From positions 11,187-75,186 of the forward strand of contig QPMI01000332.1 in the NCBI GenBank assembly GCA_004431415.1: DNA of 64,000 bases. Reading direction: 5' to 3'. The notes under the pieces were generated by a model that searched no databases, was not told the DNA's origin, and was given only the letters and a program-made list of their open reading frames with translations. Both the position numbers and the translations under genes were made by a program. The stretch comes from Cyanophora paradoxa CCMP329. Lineage: Eukaryota; Plantae; Glaucophyta. Shown here one piece after another: positions 12,693 to 23,700 of the stretch (position 1 is the stretch's first letter; every line of letters begins with the position of its first letter).

Positions 12693-12801
12693 TGTAGTGC
12701 GCCAAATAAAATGGCGCGCCATCTTATTTTTATGGCGCACGCTTTTGAGCCATCGCAGAAAAAAAGGCGCCGGCCAGCGCAGCCGGAGCTTTGCGTTGGG
12801 G
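12693..12801 (+). repeat. Left terminal inverted repeat
   Basis: tgtagtgcgccaaataaaatggcgcgcc...gctttgcgttgggg is the reverse complement of 17519-17627. Confidence 0.95.
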
Positions 12802-13087
12802 AGTACTGCTAGGCTAGCTGTCGCGATCGAAATCGCCTATCATTATAGCCTACCGCCGGGCTACCGGTATAGGACCGCACTGGGCGGGAAGCGGTCGGGG
12901 AGCCGCGCGCGCGCACCGAGCCCGAAGGCGCGGCCCCAGGCACATCAGCAATGAGGTGGTGGAGCATCCAGATGTCAGAGACCTTCCCAACAAGTTCGAA
13001 TGCAGGTGTCCACCCGCAGAGAATCTGTCCGGGCTCTGCGGCAATAACTTCCTGTGCAAGACTCTGTTTCCTAACATTCGCATCGAC

Positions 13088-16000
13088 ATGCCCAGCAACG
13101 CAGCAGCGGCATCGTCATCGCAATCGAGCAACCAACAGCAGTCAGCACCATCGAGCGGCCAGCAGGCGCCGTCCACCTCGAGCGGACAGGCGGCGAGTTC
13201 GAGCAGTAAGCCGCGTAATCGAAAGCGGCCAAATACTAGTGAACCGCCGCGGCCGCGCGGGCGCCCTCGGAAGCAGCCACCAGCACCTGCAGCTGTGGGC
13301 GCAGATGGCGCAGCAGCTTCAGAATCACAGCCAGCAGAGGCAGCGGCTTCGAGCTCGAGCTCGAGGCAGCAACAACAAAAGAAGGGCTCGGCCGCAGCAG
13401 CCGGCAAGCGCATCGACACCACCGAATTTCGCCACCGAGTCCAGCGGATGTTCGCCGAATCCCGAGGCGCTGAACCGGTCCCAGCAGCATCAGTGCAGCG
13501 CGTAACTTTCGAAGAATATCGAGCCGCTATACAGCGTGTGAAGCCCGGAGCGGTGCTGCTTTCTCGCGCCGACATCGAACACGTTAAGTACATCCTCGAA
13601 AACCCGGACGCGCCCGAGCCCAGCGGCAGCCCAGAGCATGTGAGGCGGGTGAAGAATTGGCGCGAGTTCATGAGGGGAAGTACACGCTGCGCGAGGTTCC
13701 AGATCCGACAGACAACCTGACAGCGGAGGAGCTCGCCATGCCCAACCCGCGGCCAAGGCGCAAGCTTCGGCTGGTGGTGGAGAAGCAGGTTGACAACCGC
13801 TTGAAGCGAGGAAATTCGGGCGACGCCCCCCCACTGGGCAGGGAGCTGGTGTGTGACGAGGACATTTTCATCTGCATCCAGGTGCGATCGCGTTACAACG
13901 CAATTCTCTGCGCACGCGCAACGCATCTTCAACGCAAGCGTTGGGTTGCTAGCGTTGGACATTCTCAACACATGCGTTGACCATGCGTTGAACAGAATAC
14001 ATTTTAATTTTTATGTCCACTGCATTGCACTGTTTGTGACGCGGTCATGATCGTGCGCAGCGCGAACACCTTGAGAGCGGGCACAAAGGTGGCACCGGTG
14101 TATACAACAATGCGAAGCAAAGGTACGCGATTCCTCGCTACCTGGTCCGCATCTACGTCAAGATTTGGTGAGTTTTCTGACCACAGACAAACCAATCGTG
14201 ACTAAGACTCACCTGCGGTCGTGGGATGGGCTGCAGTCCAGTCTGCAAGCTCAAGAACAAGAGGAGGCAGCCCGACGGGATCCTCCATCCAATCAAGGTG
14301 ATTGGTTTCTGGGATCGGGCAATTGTCGACTTCTTTGAGATGCCCAAGGCATGGGGCCCTGCCCCGCATGGTGAGATGTTGTTATTGATGCGCCTGGCCA
14401 CGTGTTAAAATTTACCTGGGAGTTGCAGGAGTGGCTGCCGGGGTGGAAGTGGAATGAGAGCTCAGGCGAGCTCGAGAGGGTCTGGTACTGGGAGCAAGCA
14501 GTGCACGTGTGCCGGTACGAGAAGAAAATCCCGGATCCCGAATTTCCGGGCTGCTACAAGACGGTCTTTGTCACGGACGTCATTCCGCGATTCTGGGCAT
14601 TTGTCCTGGCCATAAAGGTCAGTTTTCGGCACGGTCATGCGCAGATTTCTGCATCCGGTAACGAACAACGGCGAACGCAGGACCACTACACTCGTTTCCT
14701 CATCCTGGAGGCTTGCGAATCAAAGTGCGCAGGCGAAGTTGCTGATCGTCTTCGCGAGAAATTTGCCTACTTCGGCGCATGCACAATCCTGTCCTGCGAC
14801 AACGGATCGGAGTTCAAGAATGATGTGAAATTCCCGATATCTCTTGTAAACTTCAATATTAATTATGTTAACGGAGTATGGCAGATCATGAAGGTCCTTA
14901 TGGCGGCCTACCCGAACTCGTCCATCGCCTACGGGAAACCGTACACTCCAGAGCACCAGGGCTCTGTGGAGCGCGCGAACAGGGACTCGAAGCCGACGCT
15001 CGAGGCTATTTGCTACGAACGCCGGAACCAGAATGCGGAGGACTGGGCGAACTGGGCCCTAGCCATTCCCGATGTATTTAAAATCCTTTTCATACCCCAT
15101 TTGAAAATTCCAAGTGCACTGATCGATGCTGGATTCTCAGGCAATGGAGTCCCACAACAGCATGAAGTTCGCGAACGGGCACAAGATGACACCCATCGAG
15201 GCCATGACCGGGCGCAGACCTTCACGAAGGCCTTTGGGAATTGAGCCACCGTCGGATCCGACAAGGCCGTACACCGAGAAGGACATTGAGGACCTCCTCG
15301 GAGTGCGCAACGGAATGTCTGCGCATCCCAACGCATGCGTTGGTAATTGTGTTGTCAGGTTGCAAACATGGAGGAAGTGAACAGAGTGTGCGATGACATG
15401 GCGAAGTACGAAGAAGATATCGCCAACGCTCTTCTGCAGAGGGCGGAGAGCCCGCTCTTGAAGGACATCCCGGTGTTCTACGTAGTAAGTGCCTTCAATT
15501 CATTGCAAATTTTGTCGCACTCTCATCCAACGCATTCTCAACGCATGCGTTGGACAGATCGATCAGTTTGTGCGTGCATTCGGAATGTCCAGGCATGCGC
15601 ACGGCTTGCCGTGTACAGAGACCAGATGAAGGCGTGCGCGGAGAAGCAGGGAGCAGGTCCTGTTATCTACAGTATCGGGATCGTGTGGCCGTCCTTGTCA
15701 AACAGCTCGGCATGCACGTCCTCCTACAAGCAAGGGTACCTGGGATCGTCACAGAAGTGGTGGACGTCCGGCATGGCCTCTACACGATCAGGACGATGGC
15801 GGGTTTCATTGACACTCCCATTCAGGGAGCACAATTGATCAACATGAACCTCGTGGGCGGTACGTGCAGGGGTAGTCCCATTTGCACGAATGTTGCACAC
15901 TCATCAAAGAACTGGTGCAGGGATGCAGACAATCTGGAAGACAATTGAGGAGAACCGTGCGAACAACATAATGAACGGCACCGTTCCTCTCATGACAGCA

Positions 16001-16952
16001 TTCAAGAGCTTCTGTGGCCAGGCCCCCGGTCTCGACGTGGACCCGTGCAAGTGCAGGGATGGCTGCCTTCCAGAGAAATGCGGCTGTTTCACAAGCGGCC
16101 TGGTGTGCTGCTCGAGCTGCCAGTGCAGCAAGTACGGGTGCAAGAACAAGCGTGAGCGCATCTACCCGGAGACTGCCAGTGTCGGGGAGAAAATCATTCC
16201 GCGCCAGCGTGGCGCAACGGCAGAATCGATCGTCGCCGACAATGCAACAGCAGATGGCCCTGTCGACGACAAGTACGGCCCCATCCCGTCTGTTGATGGG
16301 ATACGACGGGTGCGTTTTTTTAGCAACGCAAAGCACACGTTTGCGTTCTTCAATTCAACGCTTGCGGTGCAGTTGCGTTGGACTTCCTCTTCTAATTTCC
16401 TTTTTCTCGCAGCTTCTGGCCCCTGGCATGCACACCACCAACAAGCCCCTGCAGGCATTCCTCCGTGCTGCAAACCTGCCGCACACAGGTAACAAGGAGG
16501 CTCTCAAGCTGCGAATTCTAGCTTTTCTCAAGAAAGAGGAGGAGGATGCCGCTCAGCATGCAGCCCAAGCAGCCGCAGCACGTGCAGCCCAAGCAGCCGC
16601 AGCCCACGCTCCGGCCCCGCCCGCCCCGTCTACTGCTGCGGCCCCGCCTGCCCCATCTCGCGCTCCGGCCCCGCCTGCCCCATCTCGCGCTCCGGCCCCG
16701 CCTGCCCCATCTCGCGCTCCGGCCCCGCCTGCCCCATCTCGCGCTCCGGCCCCGCCCGCCCCGTCTCCTGCTGCGGCCCCGCCCGCCCCGTCTCCTGCTG
16801 CGGCCCCGCCCGCCCCGTCTCCTGCTGCGGCCCCGCCCGCCCCGTCTCCTGCTGCGGCCCCGCCCGCCCCGTCTCCTGCTGCGGCTCGTTCGGGGTCGGC
16901 GTTGCTGTCGCCGTCCTCGTGCGCTGGCTGCATGTCCCGCCGCACGACGTAG
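13088..16952 (+). CDS. Multi-exon transposase: AT-hook, HHCC Zn finger, DDE core, SH3-like, CXC and SAP domains, Pro/Ala tail
   Basis: PRGRPRK (~13250); EHLESGH...C|PVC (14060-14250); IVDF (~14325), SCDNGSEFKN (~14795), GKPYTPEHQGSVERANRD (~14935-14985); CKCRDGC..KCGC..GLVCCSSCQC..CKNK (16045-16150); LQAFLRAANLPHTGNKEALKLRIL (16450-16520). The model needs 2-3 single-base indels at G/C runs (13674, ~14365, 15677). Confidence 0.85.
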
Positions 16953-17410
16953 AAGAAACATCCGGGACTGAGCTTCGGCAGCTTCCGAGACGCAGTCCTC
17001 AGATCGAGGGTGTCCGCCTCCGGATCGTAGAAGTACAGGTCCAGGCCCGCAGGTCCGACGGATTGCGTGAAGCGGAGCTGCCGCTCCGCATCCTTCAAGA
17101 GCTCCGCAGGCCATCCCGTGCCTCCCTCGACCTCGATGGTCACCGTCGCTGCGTCACGGGCAAGGTGCACGCGCGGTCGGGCATCAGCGCGGCGCCCGGT
17201 GCGCGCCTTCGCATCACAGCTCAAGAGTATCGAACCTTTGGTCGTAGTAAGGCCTCCGTTCTGCCGGCTGTCGGCGAGAACACGCACTTCGACTGGTTCC
17301 GCGGGCGCCTGCAGCTGCCCTGCGCGAGCCGCCGACTCTTCGGCTCCCGCAGCCGCTGCTGCGTCGCTCGACTCGCCTAGCTTAGCCACTTTGCCCTTCT
17401 TGGGCGCCAT
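16553..17410 (-). CDS. Second, antisense ORF of the transposon (285 aa), function unknown
   Basis: ATG lies ~110 bp inside the right TIR. MAPKKGK start and a ~150 aa non-repetitive, globular-looking region before the repeat array. Confidence 0.55.
   Translation of the reverse strand: MAPKKGKVAKLGESSDAAAAAGAEESAARAGQLQAPAEPVEVRVLADSRQNGGLTTTKGSILLSCDAKARTGRRADARPRVHLARDAATVTIEVEGGTGWPAELLKDAERQLRFTQSVGPAGLDLYFYDPEADTLDLRTASRKLPKLSPGCFFYVVRRDMQPAHEDGDSNADPERAAAGDGAGGAAAGDGAGGAAAGDGAGGAAAGDGAGGAAAGDGAGGAGARDGAGGAGARDGAGGAGARDGAGGAGARDGAGGAAAVDGAGGAGAWAAAAWAARAAAAWAAC
16608..16877 (+). repeat. 27 bp minisatellite, 10 units (A[PA]APPAPS[RPT])
   Basis: Units gctccggccccgcctgccccatctcgc and gctgcggccccgcccgccccgtctcct. 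Confidence 0.95.
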
Positions 17411-17518
17411 GTGAGGACCGCCCCGCCCGCTGCCGCAGTGCTGTCTGCCGGCTGCTGCTGTGCGCGCTACCTGTAGCTATAGTACTATTGCATCATACGC
17501 TGGGAGTCGTAGTAGCCC

Positions 17519-17627
17519 CCCCAACGCAAAGCTCCGGCTGCGCTGGCCGGCGCCTTTTTTTCTGCGATGGCTCAAAAGCGTGCGCCATAAAAATAAGATG
17601 GCGCGCCATTTTATTTGGCGCACTACA
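17519..17627 (-). repeat. Right terminal inverted repeat
   Basis: ccccaacgcaaagctccgg...ttatttggcgcactaca. Confidence 0.95.
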
Positions 17628-17744
17628 ATCGATGTCCCCGCGCCCACGCCCGTCCCTCATTTGTGCCCGCCGCACGATCCGATGATCATTGGATCGATTA
17701 TACCACTGGGCGCAAGCTGAGGGGTGGGACGGGCGGGGGCGGAG

Positions 17745-20700
17745 CTAGGGGTTGGCGGGGAGGATGCTGCAGACGGAGGTGCCGTAGAGGCGGTCGAAGA
17801 AGAAGCAGAGCTCGGCGTCGGCATGCCTCGAGGAGCGCGACGCCAGCAGGCGCCCCGCCCCGACCGCCGCCTGGAGCGCCTCTGTGAGGCCGGCGCCGCG
17901 GGGCGCGGAGCCCTGCAGGAGCTTGGCCATGTGCAGGAGCCCGTTCTGCCGCTCGAGCGCCACCACCAGCGACGGCCCCGAGGCCAGCTCCTCCACCTGC
18001 CCGCCCCCTCTGACCCCCGCCGCCACGGCCGGCGCGGCGGCCGCACCGTCTCGCGGGAGGCCGGGTGCCCGCCGGCGGCGAGGAAGGCGGCGGCGGCGTC
18101 GGCGGTGAGGCTCGCCGTGCAGAGGTTCACCAGCGCGAACTCGAGCCGCTGCGCCGCCTCTGCGCGGGGCTCGAGGCGGGGCGGGCGGGCGGGGGCGGGG
18201 CGGGGCGGACCGAGGAAGGGGAGGTGGGCGGCGTCGCGGAGGAGGGAGGGGGCGAGGAGCACGCAGAGGGTCTCCACCATCGACCCCTTCGCCCGCTCCA
18301 CCCGCCGCCCCCGCGCCGCCTCGGGCCCCACCGCCGCCGCAGGCCACACCGCCCGGCACGCCCGCTCCTGCCGGGCGTGAGGGGGAGGGGCGGGCGGGGG
18401 CGGGCGGGGCGGGGCGGGGGCACGGCGTCGGCGGGGGAGAGGGAGCCCGGGGCGAGGTCGGGGAAGAAGAGGCGGGTGTCGCGGAGGGCGTCGGCGTAGG
18501 AGCGGGAGCCGTACGCGGCGTTGCGGGCCGCGTCCCGCCCGAAGGTCGCCCGCAGCGAGAACTCGTCGGTGCGCTTGGCGATGACGGGGTCCTCGGGCCC
18601 AAGCAGCTCGAGCAGGCGCCGCACCGCGTTCTCCCGCCGCAAGCACACCGCCACCACCGGCTCCTCCAGCAGCAGCCGCACCCCCGCCCCCGGCCCCTCC
18701 TCCCCCGCAGCCGCCCCCGGCCCGAGGGCGGCGGCGGAGGCCGGGGATGGGGGCATGGGCTGGGCGTGGGAGGGGGCGCCGAGGAAGCAGGGGGCGAGGG
18801 CGGGGTCGCGGATCTGGGTCATGCGGAGGTCGAGGAGCTGGAGGCCGGCGTGGGCGATGTGCCGCAGCGCCCGCGCCAGCAGGCCCCGCTCCACCACGTC
18901 CCCCTTGAGCAGCGCCACCGTCAGCAGCGGCTCCGGCGCGGCCACGAGGCGGGTGAGGGCGGTGAAGATGGAGGCGCGCTCGGGGGGGCGCAGCTCCCGC
19001 CCCGTCGCCGCGTGCGCGTCCGGCAGCAGCTCCTCCTCGCTGAAGAAGGCGAGCACCTGGGCGCGGGCGGGGGCCGGCTCGGGGGCGGCGAGGACGGCCT
19101 CGCGGGCGGCCGGCTCGAGGGCGCCGAGGAAGGCCTGCAGGCCCGCAAAGGCCCGCGCCCGCCGCAGCGCCACCACCAGCGCCCGCTCCCCCTCCAGCGC
19201 CCCCGCCGCCCCGCCCCCGCCTCCCCAGCCCCTGCCGCCGGCGTGGGCGGGGCGCGGGGGCGGGGCGCGGGGCGGGGCACCGGCGGGGGGCACGAGGGCG
19301 GCGCAGTGGTGCGGCTCGAGGGAGGGGACGAGCTTCAGGCCGACCAGCTCGAAGCCGTGGCCGGGCTCGCCGCCCGGCCCGCGCGTGCCGGCCCGGCGGG
19401 GGCCTGGGGGCGGCCGGGGCAGGAGGAGGCGGGAGAGGAGGGCGGCGGGGCCGGGGGCCTCCCCGAGGCTCTCGAGGACGAGGGTGACGCAGCAGACCTG
19501 CTCGCCCTCCCCGCTGCCCGCCCCCAGCGGCGCCGCCCCGCCAGCGTCCGCTCCACGGCCTCCCTGCGGGGCGTCAGGCGGGGGCGGGGGGGGCGGGGGC
19601 GGGGGCCGGGCGGGCGGACGGGGCGGGGAGGCGGGCGAGGAGGGGCTCGAGGGCGGCGACCTCGGCGGCGGCGGCCTCCGCCGAGGCGGAGACGTGCACG
19701 GCCGCCTCCGCGGCGCCGGCGGCGTCGGGGCCGCCGAGCGCGGGCGCGAGGAGCGGGGCAAGGGCGCGGCGGGCGGCGTGGGCGTGGTGGAGGGCCCCTC
19801 CCGCCCCAGCACCGCCACCAGCAGGGCGCCCCGCCCCCCGGGGGCGCCAGGGCGGGGCCCCAGCGCAGGCGCCCGAGCAGCGCGGCGTCGACGGGGCGGC
19901 GGGCGAGGGCGAGGGGCGCGAAGCCGGAGCGGAGGAGGAGGGCGAGGGCGGCGGGGTAGGCGCTGGGGGGCACGGCGGGGCCGAGGGCGAGGACGAGGCG
20001 CTCGTGGGGGAAGGGGGCGACGAGGGGGAGGGCCTCGGGCAGGCGCCCCGCGGCGAGCTCCTCCTCCGAGGGGCGCCCGCTGAAGAGCAGCGCCAGCTCG
20101 AGCGCGAGCTTGGGGCCCAGGTGCCGCGAGGCCGCCGCGAGGTTGCGCGCCCGGTCCTGCCCGTAGAGGGCCCGCAGGCTGCCGGGGTCGGTGCGGGCGG
20201 CGATCTGCGGGTCCTCGGGGCCCAGGGCGTCCAGCCAGCGCCCACCGCCCCGGGGCCCCGCAGCGCCAGCGCCAGCACGGGGCCCCGCCCGCCCCGGCCC
20301 CGCCGCCGCCCCGGGGAGGCGAGGCCGCGCGGGGCGGTGAGGGAGGTGCGGGCGGCGAGGAGCTCGCGCTGCGTGGGCGTCAGGGAGGCGGGGGCGGGGG
20401 GCGGGGGCCGGGGCGGGCGTCGGGGGCGGAGGGGTAGAGGAGGCGGGCGGCGACGAGGTCGAGGCCGTCGGCGGCGGCGCGCTTCAGGAGCGCCGCGAGG
20501 CCCTCCCCGCCCTCCACCGCGTCCCCCTTCACCAGCACCGCCGCCGTCTCCGCCCCCGCCCCCTCCGCACCCGCCCCGCCGTACGTCCACAGCGCCAGCG
20601 GCAGCGTCAGGTGCCTGCGGCGGCTCGCGAGGCGGGAGAGAGGAGCGGGGCGGGGGCGGGGGCGCACCGGAGGCTCGTGGTGCGGGCGTAGAGGGAGAGG

Positions 20701-23700
20701 GGCCCAAGGGCGGCCTCCTCCGCCCCGTCCGGCCGCCGCACCAGCCGTGCCGCCGCTGCCGAGAGGATCTGCGGCGGGCGTCAGGCCGGGCCCGGGGCGG
20801 CGGGGCGGGCGGTCGGGCCTGGTCGAGGGGCGTGACGCGGAGGAGCTCGTCGAGGCGCGCCTGCACGCTCGGGCCGCCCCTGCCGCCGCCTCGGGCCCGG
20901 CGGGGCGGGGCGGGGGCGAAGCGTGGCGCACGGGCCGGGCTCCTCGTAGTGCTCGTCGTCGGGCAGCTCCGTCACCGCCGCCAGCAGCACCCGCTCCGGC
21001 GCCTCCGCCCCCGCCCCCGCCGCCCCGGCGCCCACGGCCACGCCGGGGCCGCCGCCGCCGGGCACGCTGCCGGCGGCAGCAGCGGGCTCGCGCTCATCGG
21101 ATCGCACAGGACGGAGCTCGCGAGGCCGATGAGGCGGAAGGGGAAGCGGGGCGGGGGCGGCTGGCGGACGGCCGGCGGGGCGGCGGGGCGGCGGTGCCCC
21201 GGGGCGGCCTCGGAGGGCGGGGCGGGGGCGGCGTAGGCGGAGGTGAGCCACTGGAGGAGCTCGGCGGCGGCGAAGGGCGGGAGCTGGCGCAGCACGAGCG
21301 CCGCCACGCGCTCCGAGCGCAGCGCGCCCCGCTGGAGGGCCTCGCAGAGCTGCGGCGGGAGGGCGGCGCTCCCGCCCGGGGGCAGCCCCAGCACGTCGGG
21401 GACGACCAGGCGCTCGGCGGCCGCCGGCATTCGCCCGGCGAGCGCGCGCTCCAGCCGCGCGCCCCGCCGCCGCGCCTCCGCCTCGTCCACCGACGCCACC
21501 CCCGCCGACGCCCGCCGCAAGCCCGCCTGCGAAGCCTGCGCCGCCCGTCAGCGCAGCGCCGGCCGCGGGACAGCTGGGGGCGCGCCTTGGGCGGCTCGGG
21601 TGCCGGCTTCGGCTTCTCAGCGAGGGGGGCAGGAGGAGACGGGGCGGCGGCGGGGGCCGGGGCGGTCTTGGGAGAGGGGGCGGCCTTGGGAGAGGCGTTG
21701 GCCTTGGGAGACGGCTCGGAGGCGGGCGAGGGCTCTGGCGTGGGACGCTGGCCGGCTTCGCTTGCCGGCTCTGGGGCGGGGGCGGCGGGGGGCGGGGGCG
21801 GGGGCTCATCGGGGGCCTGCGGGGCGGGGCGCCCGCGGCTGGAGACGGCGGCGACGAGGGACTCGGGGGTCCACAGGGAGCCCGCCACCGTCCCCGCCCG
21901 CCCTGCCCCGCCCCCCGCCGCCGCCCCCGAAGATACGGCGGTGGAGGCCGGCGCGGGGGCGGCGGTCTGGGAGGAGGCGTCGCGGGGACCGGGGAGGGCG
22001 GGGGCGGGGGCGGGGGCGGGGAGCCAGCGGGGGGCGGGGGTGCTGGTGACGGAGTCGTCGGCGAAGTCGGCGTGGCGGCTGTTGATCACCTGCCGCCGCT
22101 GCCGGTTCCACTCGTTCACCTGCGCCCCCTCAGCGCCCGCACCGCGCGGCGGGGCGGGGCGGGCGGGGCGCGCCTCGCGCATGGTCTCCTCGCCGTCGGA
22201 GCCGCTGCTGCTCGGCGCCCGCGCCCGCGCCAGCGCCTCCATCGCCCGGCCCCGCGGCCGCCGCCCCGCCTCGGCCCCGCCCCGAGGCCCCCACCGCTGC
22301 ACCCTGGCCCGGCGCGCCGGCCCCGCTGGAGACCTCGGGGGCCTGCGGGACGCGCGGCCGCGCGAGGACGTTGAAGCTCCCCGCCCCGCTCGGCGGCGCA
22401 GGTGCCTGCCCCGGGGCTGCCGCGCCGCTGGACGTCTCGGGGCCTTGCGGCACGCGCGGCCGCATCAGCACGTTGAAGCTCCCCGCGGCGCTCGCCGTCT
22501 GTCCGGCCGCAGCGGCACCGCTCGAAACCTCCGGCGCTTGCGGCACGCGCGGCCGCGCCAGAACGTTGAAGCTCCCTGCGGCCGCCGGTGCAGGGCCGGC
22601 AGCAGGCGCGGGGTCGGGCGGGCCGCCGCCGGTCGCCTGGCGCAGGTCGATGCGGACGGGGGCGATACCATCGCCGGGCAGCGGCGGCCTGCGCGCCTCG
22701 TCAGCGCGGAGGCCGGGCGCGGCGCTGCCGGCGCACCGGGAGGCGCGGGGGGGACGGCGGGCGAGGGCGGCATCGGGGGCGGGAACTGCTCTCCGGCGTT
22801 CGCCCGGAGCGCGAGGGAGCGCGGCGACGGCGCGTCGAAGACCGGAGGCGGCCGCGTCTCCTGCAGCCCCTCCGGCCAGCCGCCGCGCCCGCCCGGCGGG
22901 GCGGCGGGGGCGCCCTGCGTGCTGCGGGGCGTCGCGGGGCGGACGACGGGGCGGGCGGCGCGGGGCGCACATGGACTCGAGGGCGCGGAGGGCGCCGGGG
23001 ATGCTGTACCCCTCCTCGCTCTGCGACCGGTGAGGCGGGGCGGGGCCGGCGGAAGCGGGCGCCGCACGTCGGTCGAGTCGGGCGAGAGGACCTCGTTGCC
23101 CGAGCTCTCCCCGCTCTCTTCCCGCCCCGCCGCCGCCGCCGCCGCCAGCCGCCGCACCCCTCCGCGGCCCGCCCCGAGAGGAGCGCAGAGCCGCGGGCGA
23201 CGTCCTGCGCCCCGCGTCGGCTGCCCCGGCGCCCGCGGGGGCCGGGGCGCGCACCTCCGCCTCGGCGTCGCTCTCGGAGGACGCCGCCGCCGGTGCCGCA
23301 GCCGCAGACCCGGGGGCACGCGGCGGGGCCGGGGTCGGGGCCGGGGCCGGGGCCGGGGGTGCCCCCCCGGCGGCCCCTCGTCGTCGGAGAAGTCGCCCAT
23401 GCGGAAGCGCTCGTAGTCCACCCCCGGCGCCGCCGCCGCAGCAGCGGCCGGCGCTGCCGCCGCAGCGGAGCTCGCCTGCGGCCTGCGCACGCCGGCTCGA
23501 CGAGGGGCGCACGGCTGCCGGCGGGAGGGCGCGCACGTCCGGGATGCGGGGGACCGCGCTGCCGGCTCCTCGCCCTTCGGCGTCCTCCCCGTCGCCGCAA
23601 CGGGCACGGAGGGCTTGCGGCCCGCTCCGGAGGGCTTCGCAGCGATGTTGCGCGGGGCGCTGGGGGGCGGGGTGGGTGCGAGGGGAGGCGGCGGGGGCGG

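Larger units (their letters stand above)
12693..17627 (+). mobile_element. Complete DNA transposon with retroviral-like DDE integrase (Ginger2/TDD-like)
   Basis: TGT...ACA termini. 109 bp perfect TIRs (12693-12801, 17519-17627). 5 bp target duplication ATCGA (12688-12692, 17628-17632). Internal integrase gene, and lower GC than host gene bodies. Confidence 0.92.

Noticed and set aside
13674-15679. Frameshifts in the transposase taken as programmed frameshifting or pseudogenisation
   Set aside because: They are single-base losses in G/C runs. Similar indels affect host genes (~20240 in the NDK gene, ~61215 in succinyl-CoA ligase), which suggests long-read errors.
16608-16877. CRISPR-like array
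   Set aside because: Contiguous in-frame tandem repeats without unique spacers.
12693-17627. LTR retrotransposon or Polinton interpretation of the integrase
   Set aside because: Termini are inverted rather than direct repeats, and no RT, protease, polB or capsid gene lies between them.
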